Shown here: positions 35,935 through 50,680 of the stretch, piece by piece | Layout of the letters: each line of letters begins with the position of its first letter | Numbering within the stretch: the first letter of the stretch is position 1 | Source: Octopus sinensis | Taxonomy: Eukaryota | Length of the DNA stretch: 64,000 nucleotides | Assembly: GCF_006345805.1 (NCBI RefSeq) | Contig: NC_042999.1 | Coordinates: 149,358,001 to 149,422,000 of the forward strand | Direction of reading: 5' to 3' | Made by a program: the position numbers and the translations under genes | Notes under the pieces: model-generated | What the model was told of the DNA's origin: nothing | What the model saw: only the letters and a program-made list of their open reading frames with translations | Databases searched by the model: none

Positions 35935-37150
35935 CTAGCTAAAATCAAAGTCCTAATAAGTAGAAAGACATGCAAACCACAAATCAAAATTGAAATCAAA
36001 TTTGTTGCCTGGCATCTGTGCTTGTGGAGCGCTAAGAGTACCATACAAGTCTGATCGTTGCCGGAGTAAAAAGCTGGCGTCCTTGCCGATGGCACGATAA
36101 AAACACCATTCGAGCGTGATCATTACCTGCGTCGCCTTACTAGCACTTGTGCTGGTGGCACGTGAAAAAACATTCGAGCGAGGTCATTGCCAGTGCCGCT
36201 GAACTGACTCCTGTGCAGGTGGCACATAAAAAGCACCATTTGAGAGTGCCTGTAACCAGTACCGCCTGACTGGCTCTCATGTCGGTGGCACGTAAAAGCA
36301 CCCATTACACTCATGGAGTGGTTGGCGTTAGGAAGGGTATCCAGCTGTAGAAACTCTGCTAGATCAGATTGGAGCATGGTGCAGCCATCTGGTTTGCCAG
36401 ACCTCAGTCAAATCGTCCAACCCATGCTAGCATGGAAAGCAGACATTAAACAATGATGCTGATGATGATGAAAGGCATTGAGTGGGCAGAATCATTAGCA
36501 CATGGGACAAAATGCTTAATGGCATTTTGTCTGATTTTACATTCTAAGTTCAAGTTCCATCAAGGTCAACTTGTCCTTTCAGGGGTTGTTAAAATGAGTA
36601 CCAAGTGAACACTGGGGTCAATGTACTCGATTAACCCCACACCATGAACTTGCTGGCCTTGTGCCAAAATTTGAAACCATTATTAAGAAACAGAACAATA
36701 AAAGAATTATATCCTGCAACCAACAAATGCATTTGCCCAATCCAAGGCAAGATCAAAATCATCAATGTCCCCATTGTGATTTCATAGCAAAATCCATTCC
36801 TGGACTCAAACTCCATTCATGCATCCTTCTTTTTTTGCTCTATTTTTTTAAATTTTCAATCCATTATTTCAAACACTCATGTGCTGAAATCAACAAGAGT
36901 GCCAACCACCACTGCCACCGCCACCACCACACCACCATTGTTATGGTTGTTGTTATTGTTACACAGCTAAAGATGGTTGCTGAGAGCAGCACACTTCATC
37001 TATCCTGTAAAACTTGTAAATAAACCAGTTGTAAATTGCATTTGTACTTGAAGTCTTCTCTCTTTGCCTGCTGGAGCCTGAACTACACAAAGAACAAGAT
37101 ATAATGGGAGAAGGCGATATTCTTCCAATATCGTAAACCTTGCTTTCCAT

Positions 37151-37186
<36 letters not shown>

Positions 37187-37429
37187 GACATTCCATACTA
37201 ATCGTCAACAAACATCATCAAATAAGTAGTGATGTTTATTTGCAATCTGCAATGAAAATATGCCTAGACTAGAGGTAATTGTTACCTTGCTTTACTTAGA
37301 AACAAGCAGAAGTTGGCAAATGGAAGAGCAAACGCATCCATATATAGAAAATCTGTCTTGATGAATCTTGTTTGACCGATGCAACTATAGAAAAGTAGCT
37401 GTTAAAACAACAACAATGACAATGATATG

Positions 37430-37770
37430 ATGATGTTTCTCCTTATGAGAGCTCAAAATCTCTAGTGGAAGCGTCATCCAACCAAAGTACAAATATATTG
37501 GAAATTACCACGTGTATCATCTCTTGTGAAAGATAGAAGAGTCCAGTTTGCTGGACATTGTTGTAGAGCTGAAAACGAGGTAATTTCTACTCTTCTCCTC
37601 TGGAAGCCATCTGCTCGCTATACCAGAAGGTGCACACTCTCCTACCCTGATGTAATCTTCAGGGATACAGGCATCCAGCAACAGGACCTCCGTAATGCTA
37701 TGATGGACTGTGAGGTATAGCGTAACATAGTAAATTCCATTATCTCGACCACGATCGAACAATGATGATG
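37430..37770 (+). mobile_element. RTE-clade LINE 3' end with (GAT)n tail
   Basis: DRRVQFAGHCCRAENEVISTLLLWKP...LRNAMMD, matching the RTE GH..R and M.DR..W motifs. Confidence 0.75.
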
Positions 37771-40359
37771 ATGATGATGTTTTTAGCATCATATGCTCCA
37801 ATGGCATGAATGGTACCACTGGAATGTGTTTCCAATGACTGTTAGGATTCTATTGGTCCATAGTGTAACACACGTTGTCTTTTTATGGAATTTCATGTTA
37901 TTCAGGCAGTTACCACATCTAGCCAGAAGCAACTCTAGCTGCAATAATCATGCAGTGTCTATTCTCTTTTCTATTAACCACTTGCCGAGAAATATTTGTT
38001 CTTTGTTCTCACCTCCAGTCTTCTTTTCACATGTTTCTATTATCCATGCACCTACATAAATACAGATAGAAAAACCACCTGCCTAGTTACGTATATAGTG
38101 TTGGAATCAGTCACAAAAAAAAAGCATTGAACCAAAACAAGAAAGGAAAGAAATGTTTTACAAGGAGTGAATTAGATGTTAGACTATCAGCTTTTAGGTT
38201 AGAATTTCATATTCAACTATAAACAGGTATATCACTGTGTCAGTAAATACGACAGTTAATTTTGTTGTCTAGGTTTACATACCAGTACGTGGTGTATTTC
38301 CCATAGACTAGCATCATATCTAAATGTTGTGTTATTAATGACACTTAAAATTAAGGCAATCACCGCAAATGTAATCCGAGTCAAACTAATAACCCTTACT
38401 GGCCTTCACAGTGTGATACTAATATCCACTTTTTCAATTCATTTGTTATAAACAAGTAAAGAAACCAACCACAAAAAACATACACTCCTGAAAAGAAGTG
38501 TCACTAATCTGCTTTTTATTACAGAAAATGGGAGTTAAACGCCAGCGCAGATATAATTCACTTACTAAATTCAACATGGTTTTTTCAACTGTACAATGTG
38601 AAAGCCTAATTTCCTAGTTTTTTTTCTTTCCTTTTTTCAATTAACTCTTTCTTGATTTTTTTATTAGGCAATGTTACATACATGCACATTTATATAATAA
38701 TAATAATAATAATCATCATCATCATCATCGTTTAACGTCCGCTTTCCATAATAATAATAATAATAATAATGATGAAATTATTGTATACAGTGCTCAGGTG
38801 CACCACAACTTGTCAGAAAGTGCATATAAAGTATATGCAGTAATGTACAAATGTCTGGGAAGTGAACAGTGTATAAGTCAGATACATGCTTGCATGTATA
38901 TAGAGGGGAGAAAATCAAGTGTAGTGTTGGTGAATCTCAGGAAGCATGGAAGTTTTGAAGGATGCAGTGCTCCGACAACTAACAACTGATGTTGGCAGTT
39001 TGTTCCATGCTTCAGCAACTCTTAGCGTGAAAAGCATATAATATACATAAGCATGTATACACATATATAAGCATATATACACACATACATGCACACACAT
39101 ACACACATATAAACACCCATATACACACATATACATATATAAACACATACATACATACATGCATATGCATGCACACAAATGTATATACATATATGTCTGA
39201 GTATATGTGTATATCATAGGCACAGGCATCGCTGTGTGGTTCTGAGTTCAGTCCTGTTGCATGACACCTTGGGCAAGTGTCTGCTACTATAGCCTCAGGC
39301 TGATCAAAGCCTTGCAAAAGGATTTGGTAGGCAGAAACTGAAAGAAGCATAAAGGTGGCGAGTTGGCAGAAATGTTAGCATGCCGGGTGAAACGATTAGC
39401 GGTATTTCATCTGACGCTATGTTCTGAGTTCAAATTCCGCTGAAGTCGACTTTGCCTTTTATCCTTTCGGGGTCGATTAAATAGGTACCAGTTATGCACT
39501 GGGGTCGATATAATCGACAATCTGTCTGTCTGTTCTTGTTTGCCCCCTCTATATTTAGCCCCTTGTGGGCAGTAAAGAAATAAGAAATTGAAAAAAGCCT
39601 GTCGTTATATGTGTGTGTGTGTGTATGTATCTATATGTGTTTGTGTGTGGTTGTGTCTGCCCCCCACTCCACCGCTTGACAACTGGTGTTGGTGTGTTTA
39701 GATCCCTGTTACTTAGCAGTTCAACAAAAGATATTGATAGAATAAGTTCCAGGCTTTTAAAAATGAAATACTGAGGTCAAGTCATTTGACTAAAAGTCTT
39801 TAAGGCAGTACCCAGTATTGCTGCAGTCAAATTAGTGAAACAAGTAAAAGATAAAAGATGTGTATGTACACACACACACACACACACACACATACGTGGT
39901 TTTTGCATGTGTGTCATAAAGCTATTTCCTACAATGGCAACATCATAAACTCCACCTATTAAATTTATGTAAAAATAGAAAGAAGTGAGTAAATAAACAA
40001 GATAGTAAAATTTTTAGATTAGAATCTGGAATATTCAGCAAGTCTCATGATTAACAGAAAATCTATCGAAGATTTCCCTTCTAAGTTCTTGAGTAAGAAC
40101 AGTGCTATGGAATGATTGAATTTTGATGCTCTGAAATATGATGGTAGTCAGCTCTAAAATTAATGCGCACACACACACATATACATTTATAAACAAATAT
40201 GCGCACGCACACATGAGTAGGTGAATGAACAAAAGAAAGTAGCACTCAACACATTTAGTTGGAGTTACACGTGTTACACAATAAGCTGAGTCACCTTCAC
40301 ATTATTTAAAAGTTCTATAGGCATAGAACATGCTCACATCATCACATGATAGAAATCAA

Positions 40360-40458
40360 TATGAAGATATATATATATATACAAACACATATATACATAC
40401 ATACATATATACACACATACATATATATATATATATATACACACATACATATATATAT

Positions 40459-40489
<31 letters not shown>

Positions 40490-40716
40490 CACACATACAT
40501 ATATATATACACAACATACATATATATATACACATAATATATATATACACATACATATAATATATACACATACATATATATATATACACACATACATATA
40601 TATATATATATACATACATATATATACACACATATATATATATACACACATACATATATATATATTATACACATACATATATATATATAATACACACATA
40701 CATATAATATATATAT

Positions 40717-40757
<41 letters not shown>

Positions 40758-40870
40758 TACATATATATACACACATACATATATATATATACACACATAC
40801 ATATATATATATACACACATACATATATATATATATATACACACATACATATATATATATATATATACAT
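40360..40870. repeat. Compound (TA)n/(CA)n/(TACA)n microsatellite
   Basis: Visible directly. Confidence 0.95.
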
Positions 40871-41539
40871 AGCCTGAAATTTGAGGAGAAGGGGTTAGTC
40901 AATTACATCGACCCAGTACATAACTGGTACTTATTTCATCGATCCTAAAAGGATGAAAGGCAAAGTTAACCTTAGCAGAATTTGAACTCAGAATGTAGCG
41001 GCAGATGAAATACTGCTAAGCATTCCACCCGGCATGCTAACAGTTCCGCCAGCTCACTGCCTTAAAAAAAAGATAATAATGAAATTATTATGTATAGTGC
41101 TCAGGTGCACTTATTGAAAACATTTTTACAAAAAAATGTCAAAAATGGAAAGAGTTGTATGCTGCAAAATGGAGAGGTTGAAGGCTGGCTGGCCAAATTT
41201 TTTTTTAAAGAAATGAAAAGACAGGAGTGGTTGTATAACTAAGAAGCTTTCTTTTCAATTGTGTGGTATGAGTTCAGTTTCATTGCATAACACCTTAAGG
41301 AAGTGTCTTATACCACAGCCCCAGATCAACCAAATTCTAACATTGCATTGCTACAATGGATTTCAATAAAACTATTGTACAACAAAGAAAAGAAAGACCA
41401 TTCAGGGTCTATTTATTCATAAAAAGTTATTGATTTACTAAATCATTATTTGGATTTCTTACTATGTGTAATCAATTAGGCATCAAGAGATGAATAAGAA
41501 CTGTGTATTTTTATGTGTGCGTATTAAGTATATTGACTA

Positions 41540-41840
41540 CAGGAGGTGGAGAAGTTTACCTATCTTGGCTCTACCGTCACCTACAACCTATCCCTTGAAG
41601 CTGAGCTCAATATACGCATTGGCAAAGCAGCTGCTGTGATGGCCCAACTCTCCAAACAGTCATGAGACAACAATAAGCTGACCAAGACTACAATAATGAA
41701 TGAAGATTTACTAGGCATGTGTACTTAGCACTCTACTGTATGGAAGTGAGACTTGGATGCCATACATATGCCAAGAGTGTCGCCTAAATATCTTTCACCT
41801 ATGCTGCCTCCGGAAAATCCTTGGCATCAAATGGCAGAAG
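41540..41840 (+). mobile_element. RTE (BovB-like) LINE RT C-terminal fragment
   Basis: EVEKFTYLGSTVTYNLSLEAELNIRIGKAAA...CVLSTLLYGSETW...FHLCCLRKILGIKWQ. Confidence 0.85.
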
Positions 41841-41939
41841 GTTATCTATCTATCCCTCTTTGTCTATCTGTTGTATGTGTCTCTTTAACTCTGTCAGGTC
41901 GCACATGCGGGACACATTTCGCATTACTCTGATGAGGTC

Positions 41940-42210
41940 TGCCATTGATGTACAGAGGGACGATGAAGTAACAAGACAACGATGTATGTAGGGGAAATGG
42001 CACGGAGCATAGGAGAGCATGTAATTGAACATTGGAGGTTGGAAGGAACTTAAGGAAGAGAAGAGCTCATCAGTTCTGTACCAGCACGCCGAGTAGGAAC
42101 ATGGGGGCTCACTTAACAGCATAGAAGTTAAAATCTTGTCCACACATAGAACAGATGCAACGCTTAGACAAATTACAGAAGCTACACACATAATAGAAGA
42201 TAAACCTAGC
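41940..42210 (+). mobile_element. Penelope-like GIY-YIG endonuclease fragment, second copy
   Basis: Clear nucleotide similarity to 55290-55550 (gtaccagcacgccg, gtccacacatagaacagatgcaac, agacaaattacagaagctacaca). Confidence 0.8.
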
Positions 42211-43240
42211 ATCAAGGTGAGCAAAATCGCAGTCATGGCAGATATCAGTGTCACGCAAATTGGCACCTGTGCTGATGGCACATAAAACCACACCGGTGTT
42301 ATGCAAATGTGCCAGTGACATATAAAAGCACCCATTACACTCTCAGAGTGATTGGTGTTAGGAAGGGCATCCAGCTGTAGAAAACCATGACAAGTCAAAC
42401 TGGATTCTGGTGCAGCCTTCCAGCATGCCAGCCTGGGCAAACTGTCCAACCCATGCCAGCATGCAGATCAGACATTAAAATGATGATGATGATGATAATA
42501 TATATATATATATGTTGGGCTATGAATTTTAATATAAGAAATACTGACCTGTATGCAATGTAAAAAGAATAACAACACAGTGCTTAGAGAACAATCACTG
42601 GTATCAGGTTTACTCAGTAAGTGAGAGGTGAATGGTTCATTTCCTCTCTGTAGCTTCATTGGTTTTCATGCTATCTTGTTATTTACAAAGGGATTTCATT
42701 TAGTAGGAGGGGAGAGAGAGAGAGAGAGACAGACAGACAGAGACAGACAGACAGACAGACACACACACACACACACACATACATAAACGCATGCAAGCAT
42801 AGAGATTCATATAACTAAATACAGGCTATTGCACTTGAAGTGTTAAATTGAAAATTATTTTTTGATCATTTGAAATTATAGCAGTAATGAGAAGAAAATT
42901 CATTAGCGTTAATGAAATCTCTTCTCACAAAGGCCAAGGGAGAGAAATGCTGGAACTTCAGTAAACCCAAAATTAAATTAAATTATACAGTTGTGAAGGA
43001 GGTAATGAATTTGAACTTTTGTGGTGATGATGATGATAACAAAGATAATAATAAAATTTTGTTGTTTACTTTAGAAAGATGCAAATAAAATACCTGACAA
43101 CATTAATATATTGTCATCATCATTTAACATCCAACCTCTCTAAGGGCTGGACAGTTTTGTTAACTCAAATTAACTGGAGGGCTATGTTGAACACCATGGT
43201 ATTTGTGTGTGTGTGAGAGAGAGAGAGAGAGTATGGGCTA

Positions 43241-43289
<49 letters not shown>

Positions 43290-44696
43290 ATATATATGTT
43301 GCAGCTTATAAATGAAAGGAGATAGCACTCAATAATGGTATACAGTTTTATTGAAATATCTATCTATATGTGTATGTAGAGAGATATTTGAATAATGTAT
43401 ACATATATATATATATATATATATAATATATATATATATATATAATATATATACACACACACACACACCTGTGTGTTTGTGTTTGGATACATATGTGTGG
43501 GTCTATGCATAAGTGTTGCTGTACCTAGCAAGGATCTTTCTTTCTCTCTCTCTCTAACACACACACACACTGCTAATACCTATGTAGGAACAATGTGTCA
43601 AAAGGAAGCTGTCTCTGGATTTCTGATTAAGGACATTCAAGGGGGTCTGGCAAGGGTCTGGTAGGAGGAAAAGGACTTTATAGTAGTTCTGATTGGTTGT
43701 TTTTTGTTTTTTACTGTTACTGTTGTTTTTCTTTTATCCCTTCACCTGACCCCACTACAACTATTACCAATGCAATCACCCCACCCCCAGCCCTTACAGT
43801 CGTTGGTGACAAGAGATTTCAAGAGATTCTCTAAAGAATAGACAAGTAGTGATAAGAGGTGACTGAGAATCATTGGCGACATATTTAGGTAGGTAATATA
43901 AATGTCACATAACACTGATGAGAGAGGGAGGGAGAGAGAGAGGAGAGATAGAGATAAAGAGTGGAGTAAGTTCATAGACACATTCAGTGCCAAAGACCCT
44001 TAGCTGGAACCAGAAGGTTAAGTTCTTTGTGACCCAAGTCTGGGTCAGCAAACTACATATTTTAACCAACATTTTCATGGATTTTGATATTCAATTTTTT
44101 GTTTTGTTTTTGTTTCTTTTTTTTTTTTTTTAGATTCATTGATGTTGAAAGGAAGTGCAAGAGCACTCCCTCCACACCATCATCATTACACTGCTCCCTT
44201 GCTTTGAAGTAAGTGAAAAGATTTAATGTCCTTGTGATAAACATAATATCTTGTGATCACTGAAAAGTCTCGGTTAATAAGTGCAAAGAAATACTGTGGC
44301 ACCTAAGTGGAGTTAAACAGCTATATCAACGTATCTTTTTGTGTTTTTGTTTTTTCAGTGCAGGGACATGAAATGCATGATCTAACATGCACACATACCA
44401 CACACACGCACACTCACACACACGATAAATAGAGTTTTTACATATGGCACTCCTACAGCAATATCAATTCTATTTAAATTAATATAATTCGTTATATTTA
44501 TTTAAAAGCTACAGATAAAACATATTAAAATACCATTGGGTTTATAACTTATGTGACACTATGTATGTATGTATGTATATATATATGTGTGTGTATATAT
44601 GTGTGTGTGTGTGTGTGCATGCATGTAAATCATCATCATCATTGTCTTTAGGTACTACAACAACACACACAGACACACACATTTGTGTGTGTGTGT

Positions 44697-44730
<34 letters not shown>

Positions 44731-44800
44731 GGCTAATTGCAGTATCAGTGTCTGTAAAGATGCTGATGTTCTATATATTGTGGCATGTAGTGACCAGTGC

Positions 44801-44846
44801 TTCCCACTGATGAGGTCTGATAGGCTAAAATCACACGATACAGGAA
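44801..44846 (+). ncRNA. CpG-decayed type-I hammerhead relic
   Basis: TTCCCA-CTGATGA-GGTCT-gat-AGGCT-AAAA-TC-acac-GA-TA-CAGGAA. Restoring CpGs gives stem I ttcccg/cgggaa and AGGCC-GAAA. Confidence 0.55.
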
Positions 44847-47631
44847 TTCCAGTGCCCATAACAGACAATTCTCATCTGCTATGATCTATATGTGTGCTTA
44901 TATGCACCAAGCACTTATATGAGAGGATCTCTCAAGTCTAATAATGATGCAATATTTGGTGTTCTAATAAGGCTTCCATGTTAAGGTGGATATATATATA
45001 TATCATCATCATCGTTTAGCATCCGTTTTCCATGCTAGCATGGGTTGGACGGTTCTACTGGGGTCTGTGAAGCCACAAAGCTTCATCAGGCCCAGTCAAA
45101 TCTGGCAGTGTTTCTACGGCTGGATGCCCTTCCTAACGCCAACCACTCCGTGAGTGTAGTGGGTGCTTTTTACGTGCCACCCGCACAGGTGCCAATTACT
45201 TAATAGAGGTTATTTCTCTTAATTATATACATATACTATATTTTGTGAAATTTGATTTAGAATTGCTAAAGAGAATTTTTCCCTGTAAGTTTGGAATTTT
45301 ATATTCCCTACTATTATTAATAATTATATATATATATATATATTGACAGATATGTTAATAAAATGTACACAATTACAAACGTTCAATTTTCCATGCTTGC
45401 ATGGGTCAAATGGAATTTGTTGAAATGGATTTTCTACAGCTGGATAACCTTCCTGTGCTCAAGCCTTACTTGTTTCTAAGTAATGTAATATTTCCATATG
45501 ATGAAACATCTTTTCACAGAAGATTAAAAACAAACACCACCACTTACATACTGGTGACACTTGTTTACAACTAATGTGAGATGTCAAGGCAAGGAGACAA
45601 TCTCTCACACACACACAGATTTTCCACTCACAAAGCTTTAGTCAACCTGGTGGGGATAGAAGAAGACACTTGCCCAAGGTGCCATGTAGTGGGACTGAAC
45701 CTAAAACCATGTACTTGAGAAGCAAACTTCTTATCAAGCAGCTGTGCCTATGCAATATATGTATCTATACATGCATGTGTGCATGTAATACACACACACA
45801 CACACGTGCGTGCAAGGTATGGCAGAGGTGTAAGTATTACAAGAAATACACACACACAGGTATGGCAGGAGGTGTATGTAGGTGGAGAGCTGGCAGAAAC
45901 GTTAGCATGCCAGGTGAAATGCTTAGCGGTATTTCGTCTGCCGCTGTGTTCTGAGTTCAAATTCCACCAAGGTCGACTTTGCTTTTCATCTTTTCAGGGT
46001 TGATAAATTAAGTACCACTTATGCACTGGGGTCGATGTAATCGACTTAATCCATTTGTCTGTCCTTGTTTGTCCCCTCTATGTTTAGCCCCTTGTGGGTA
46101 ATAAAGAAATAAGGAGGTGTATGTAGTACAAGAAATACATACACAGAGGTATGGCAGGTGGTGCAAGTATTACAAGAAATACACACACATACGTGCACAT
46201 GCACGCACACATGCACACACACACACACACATACGTGCACATGCACACACATGTGGCAGAAGTGTAAGTAGTATAAGAAACATAAAAGCCATGCAGAATC
46301 AAACAGAAGTTATTTTCCTGTTCTTTAGTAAAGCAAATACAAATATATTCTATGTCGTAAAGAAAGAAATTTTAATTAACTGGTATCATACCATTGTTAA
46401 TGAGAACAACCATTATCTATTTAGGAGTTTAAAAAAAGGGGGGGAAAAAAGCATGGAAGACAACACTGAAGTTTTAATTAATAAAAATTAATTAAATATA
46501 GAATGCAGTAGGGAGGAAGTCCAAACTTTAGAAGTGCAGTGACAACTCTAAACATGTTTCAGACTTAGTGAACCTCTTCAGTCAAGTAGAGTCTAGCTTT
46601 TACTGTAGATCTTAGAATGATTAAAGATGTGTATAGGACTTTTATGAATGAACACTTAAGGGTGTTATAACTTGGAAGAATGACTAGGGGAAGAAAACAT
46701 TCAGGAGTATACCACCATTCTAATATCCACTTTTCCATGCCTGCATGAGTCAGATGGAACTTGTTCTGACAGATTTTCTGTAGTTGGATGCTCTTCCTGT
46801 CATTAACCCTAATTTGTTTCCAAGTGTGGTAATATCTCCTCAAGGCTGGACATGTTTGCATACAAGACTGATAAAAAAAGACACTGCTTGTATGATGGTG
46901 AGACTCATTTACAGCAATCATGTAATATCAAGACAAGGAGGCACTAACATATACACACAGACACACACACACAAACAAAAGGCTTATTTCAGCTTTCATC
47001 TATGAAATCCACTTACAGGGCTATACTAGAAGACACTTGCCCAAGGTGTCATACAGTGGGACTGAACCTAGAACTAGCTGGTTGGCAAGCAAGCTTCTTA
47101 ACCAAACTACCTCACCTGCACCTATATCTGATATATCAGAAAACTTATGAGAAGTGGACGCTAGTGCATTTGACTACTGAGGAGGCTTAATAAGACTGGA
47201 ACATACCCAGAATGGTCACCACACAGTTAAAGTTTAGACCTATTCCCCATTACAGTCAATATATAATGAATTTTAATTAGTAAAAATCTAAGATTTGCCC
47301 TGGAGCTTTATTTTCAATTTCAATAAAAATTAATCAAGAAGATAATGATTGTTCTCATCAGGAAACATGTAATTTTAATCAAATTTTCAGAGTATTAGAT
47401 CAACTATGCATGCACGCACTTCACTATTAATTTTTAATACACCAGATGTCCCTAGGCATTGCCACCCCCCCCCATCATAAACTGATTATGGAGTTGAGTT
47501 TCTGTACCCTAAACAGTTACTATTTCAGTACAAACAATTTATTAACCACCATGTGTTGACAGTCACTGTTGATCTGATCCAGACCCCACATGTGTGCAAC
47601 TGTGTGTGTGTGTGTGTGTGTGTATGTGTGC

Positions 47632-47669
<38 letters not shown>

Positions 47670-48299
47670 GCGTGCGTGTGATGTTAATTAGCAAAACCCT
47701 AGCTCATAAAGGCATCTAGAAATGAAATTTGGACCTGGGTTCATAATATGCTTTTTTGACATGTGTTGTTGCCAGCCGTTGCCAGCCTCGCCTGGCCCCC
47801 GTGCCGGTGACACGTAAAAGCACCATCCATTTCGTGGCCGTTTGCTAGCTCTGTCTGGCCCCCGTGTTGGTGGCACGTAAAAGCACCATCCGTTCGTGTC
47901 CGTTGCCAGCCTTGCCTGGCCCCGTGCCGGTGACACGTAAAAGCACCATCCGTTCGTGGCCGTTTGCCAGCTCTGTCTGGCACCTGTGCGGGTGGCACGT
48001 AAAAAGCACCCACTACACTCACGGAGTGGTTGGCGTTAGGAAGGGCATCCAGCCGTAGAAACACTGCCAGATTTGACTGGGCCTGATGAAGCCTTCCAGC
48101 TTCACAGACCCCAGTTGAACCGTCCAAACCATGGAGAACGGACGCTAAATGATGATGATGATGATGATGATGTTGTGTGAATTTTTCTCAGGTTTTTAAT
48201 TCTGTTGTAAATTTCTAATTTAGGTAAGTTTCATTAGTATCTAATGATGATACCAAAGGATGTTGATCTATTAAGTTTTTTTGGAGATATATACATCTC

Positions 48300-48759
48300 A
48301 GGAGTGGCTCTGTGTTAAGTAGCTTGCTTACCAACCACATGGTTCTGCGTTCAGTCCCACTGCATAGCACCATGGGCAAGTGTCTTCTAGTATAGCCTTG
48401 GACTGACCAAAGCTTTGTGAGTGGATTTGGTAGACGGAAACTAAAAGAAGCCCGTCGTATATATATATTTAAATATGTATGTGTATATGTTTGTGTGTCT
48501 GTGTTTGTCCGCCCAACAACACTTGACAACCAATAGTGGTGTGTTTACGTCCCTGTAACTTAGCAGTTTGGCGAAAGAGACTGATAGAATAAGTACTAGG
48601 CTTACAAAGAATAAGTCCTGGGGGCAATTAGCTTGACTAAAGGTGATACTCCAGCATGGCCACAGTCAAATGACTGAAACAAGTAAAAGAAAATTAAAGA
48701 AAAGAATATATATTCTTCAGCTACAAGCTTGTTCTATATTCCATTAGAATTCATTTCAT

Positions 48760-48798
<39 letters not shown>

Positions 48799-49408
48799 TT
48801 GTGTGCACAAGTTGTAAAATTGTTACATACAATAACAGAACAACCATCATGAACTTGCTCTATTTTGATTATATGACAATAGAAAAGGCAATGTAATCAT
48901 TATCTAAGTAGAACAAAAGTAATCATAATTCGCATAGAATAAAAATGTAATATACATGTTTAAAGCATATTTAAACCTATTCCCAAGTAAAAACAGCATA
49001 TATAACCCAAATTCTCAGCAACTGGTATTGCAGTTGTTAGCTTTTCATGGTATTGATGCAAACTTGTCCCGTGTGTATTGTAAGAGAGAAAGACTGCAGC
49101 TATAAATAAACTAACTGAACAGGACATTTGCTAGTCTAAACCTGGCAACCAGTCAGCTTTGATTGGAGTTTATTTTTCTCATGCTGGCAAGGGTTAAATG
49201 GGTCGTTATGGTCTGCATCATTTTGCATACACAACAACAGAGAAAAAAAACCATAGGTGTAAGAGTGGCTGTGTGGTAAGTAGCTTGTTTGCGAACCACA
49301 TGGTTCCGAGTTCCGTCCCACTGCGTGGCACCTTGGGCAAGTGTCTTCTACTATAGCCGACCAAAGCCTTGTGAGTTGATTTGGTAGACGGAAACTGAAA
49401 GAAGCCCG

Positions 49409-49447
<39 letters not shown>

Positions 49448-49713
49448 TTTGTCTGTGTTTGTCCCCCCAACATCGCTTGACAACCGATGCTGGTGTGTTT
49501 ACGTCCCTGTAACTTAGCAGTTTGGCGAAAGAGACTGATAGAATAAGTACTAGGCTTACAAAGAATAAGTCCTGGGGGCAATTAGCTTGACTAAAGGTGA
49601 TACTCCAGCATGGCCACAGTCAAATGACTGAAACAAGTAAAAGAAAATTAAAGAAAAGAATATATATTCTTCAGCTACAAGCTTGTTCTATATTCCATTA
49701 GAATTCATTTCAT

Positions 49714-49786
<73 letters not shown>

Positions 49787-50412
49787 TGTGTGGTGTGTGG
49801 TTGTGTGCACAAGCTGTAAAATTGTTACATACAATAACAGAACAACCATCATGAACTTGCTCTATTTTGATTATATGATAATAGAAAAGGCAATGTAATC
49901 ATTATCTAAGTAGAACAAAAGTAATCATAATTCGCATAGAATAAAAATGTAATATACATGTTTAAAGCATATTTAAACCTATTCCCAAGTAAAAACAGCA
50001 TATATAACCCAAATTCTCAGCAACTGGTATTGCAGTTGTTAGCTTTTCATGGTATTGATGCAAACTTGTCCCGTGTGTATTGTAAGAGAGAAAGACTGCA
50101 GCTATAAATAAACTAACTGAACAGGACATTTGCTAGTCTAAACCTGGCAACCAGTCAGCTTTGATTGGAGTTTATTTTTCTCATGCTGGCAAGGGTTAAA
50201 TGGGTCGTTATGGTCTGCATCATTTTGCATACACAACAACAGAGAAAAAAACCATAGGTGTAAGAGTGGCTGTGTGGTAAGTAGCTTGTTTACGAACCAC
50301 ATGGTTCCGAGTTCCGTCCCACTGCGTGGCACCTTGGGCAAGTGTCTTCTACTATAGCCGACCAAAGCCTTGTGAGTTGATTTGGTAGACGGAAACTGAA
50401 AGAAGCCCGTCG

Positions 50413-50472
<60 letters not shown>

Positions 50473-50680
50473 TTTGTCTGTGTTTGTCCCCCCAACATCG
50501 CTTGACAACCGATGCTGGTGTGTTTACGTCCCCGTAACTTAGCGGTTCGGCAAAAGAGACCAATAGAATAAGTACTAGGCTTACAAAGAATAAGTCCTGG
50601 GGTCGATTTGCTCGACTAAAGGTGGTACTCCAGTATGGCCACACTCAAATGACTGAAACAAATAAAAGAGTAAAGAGTAA
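48300..50680. repeat. SINE-bounded tandem duplication (~0.95-1.0 kb unit) with three family-B SINEs and two copies of a unique spacer
   Basis: Spacer 48700-49260 recurs at 49650-50260 with a few SNPs; the middle SINE is chimeric. Confidence 0.92.

Noticed and set aside
41929-41945. Other CTGATGA hits (41929, 17570, 23220, 43916, 48085)
   Set aside because: No stem II followed by GAAA and no closing stems.
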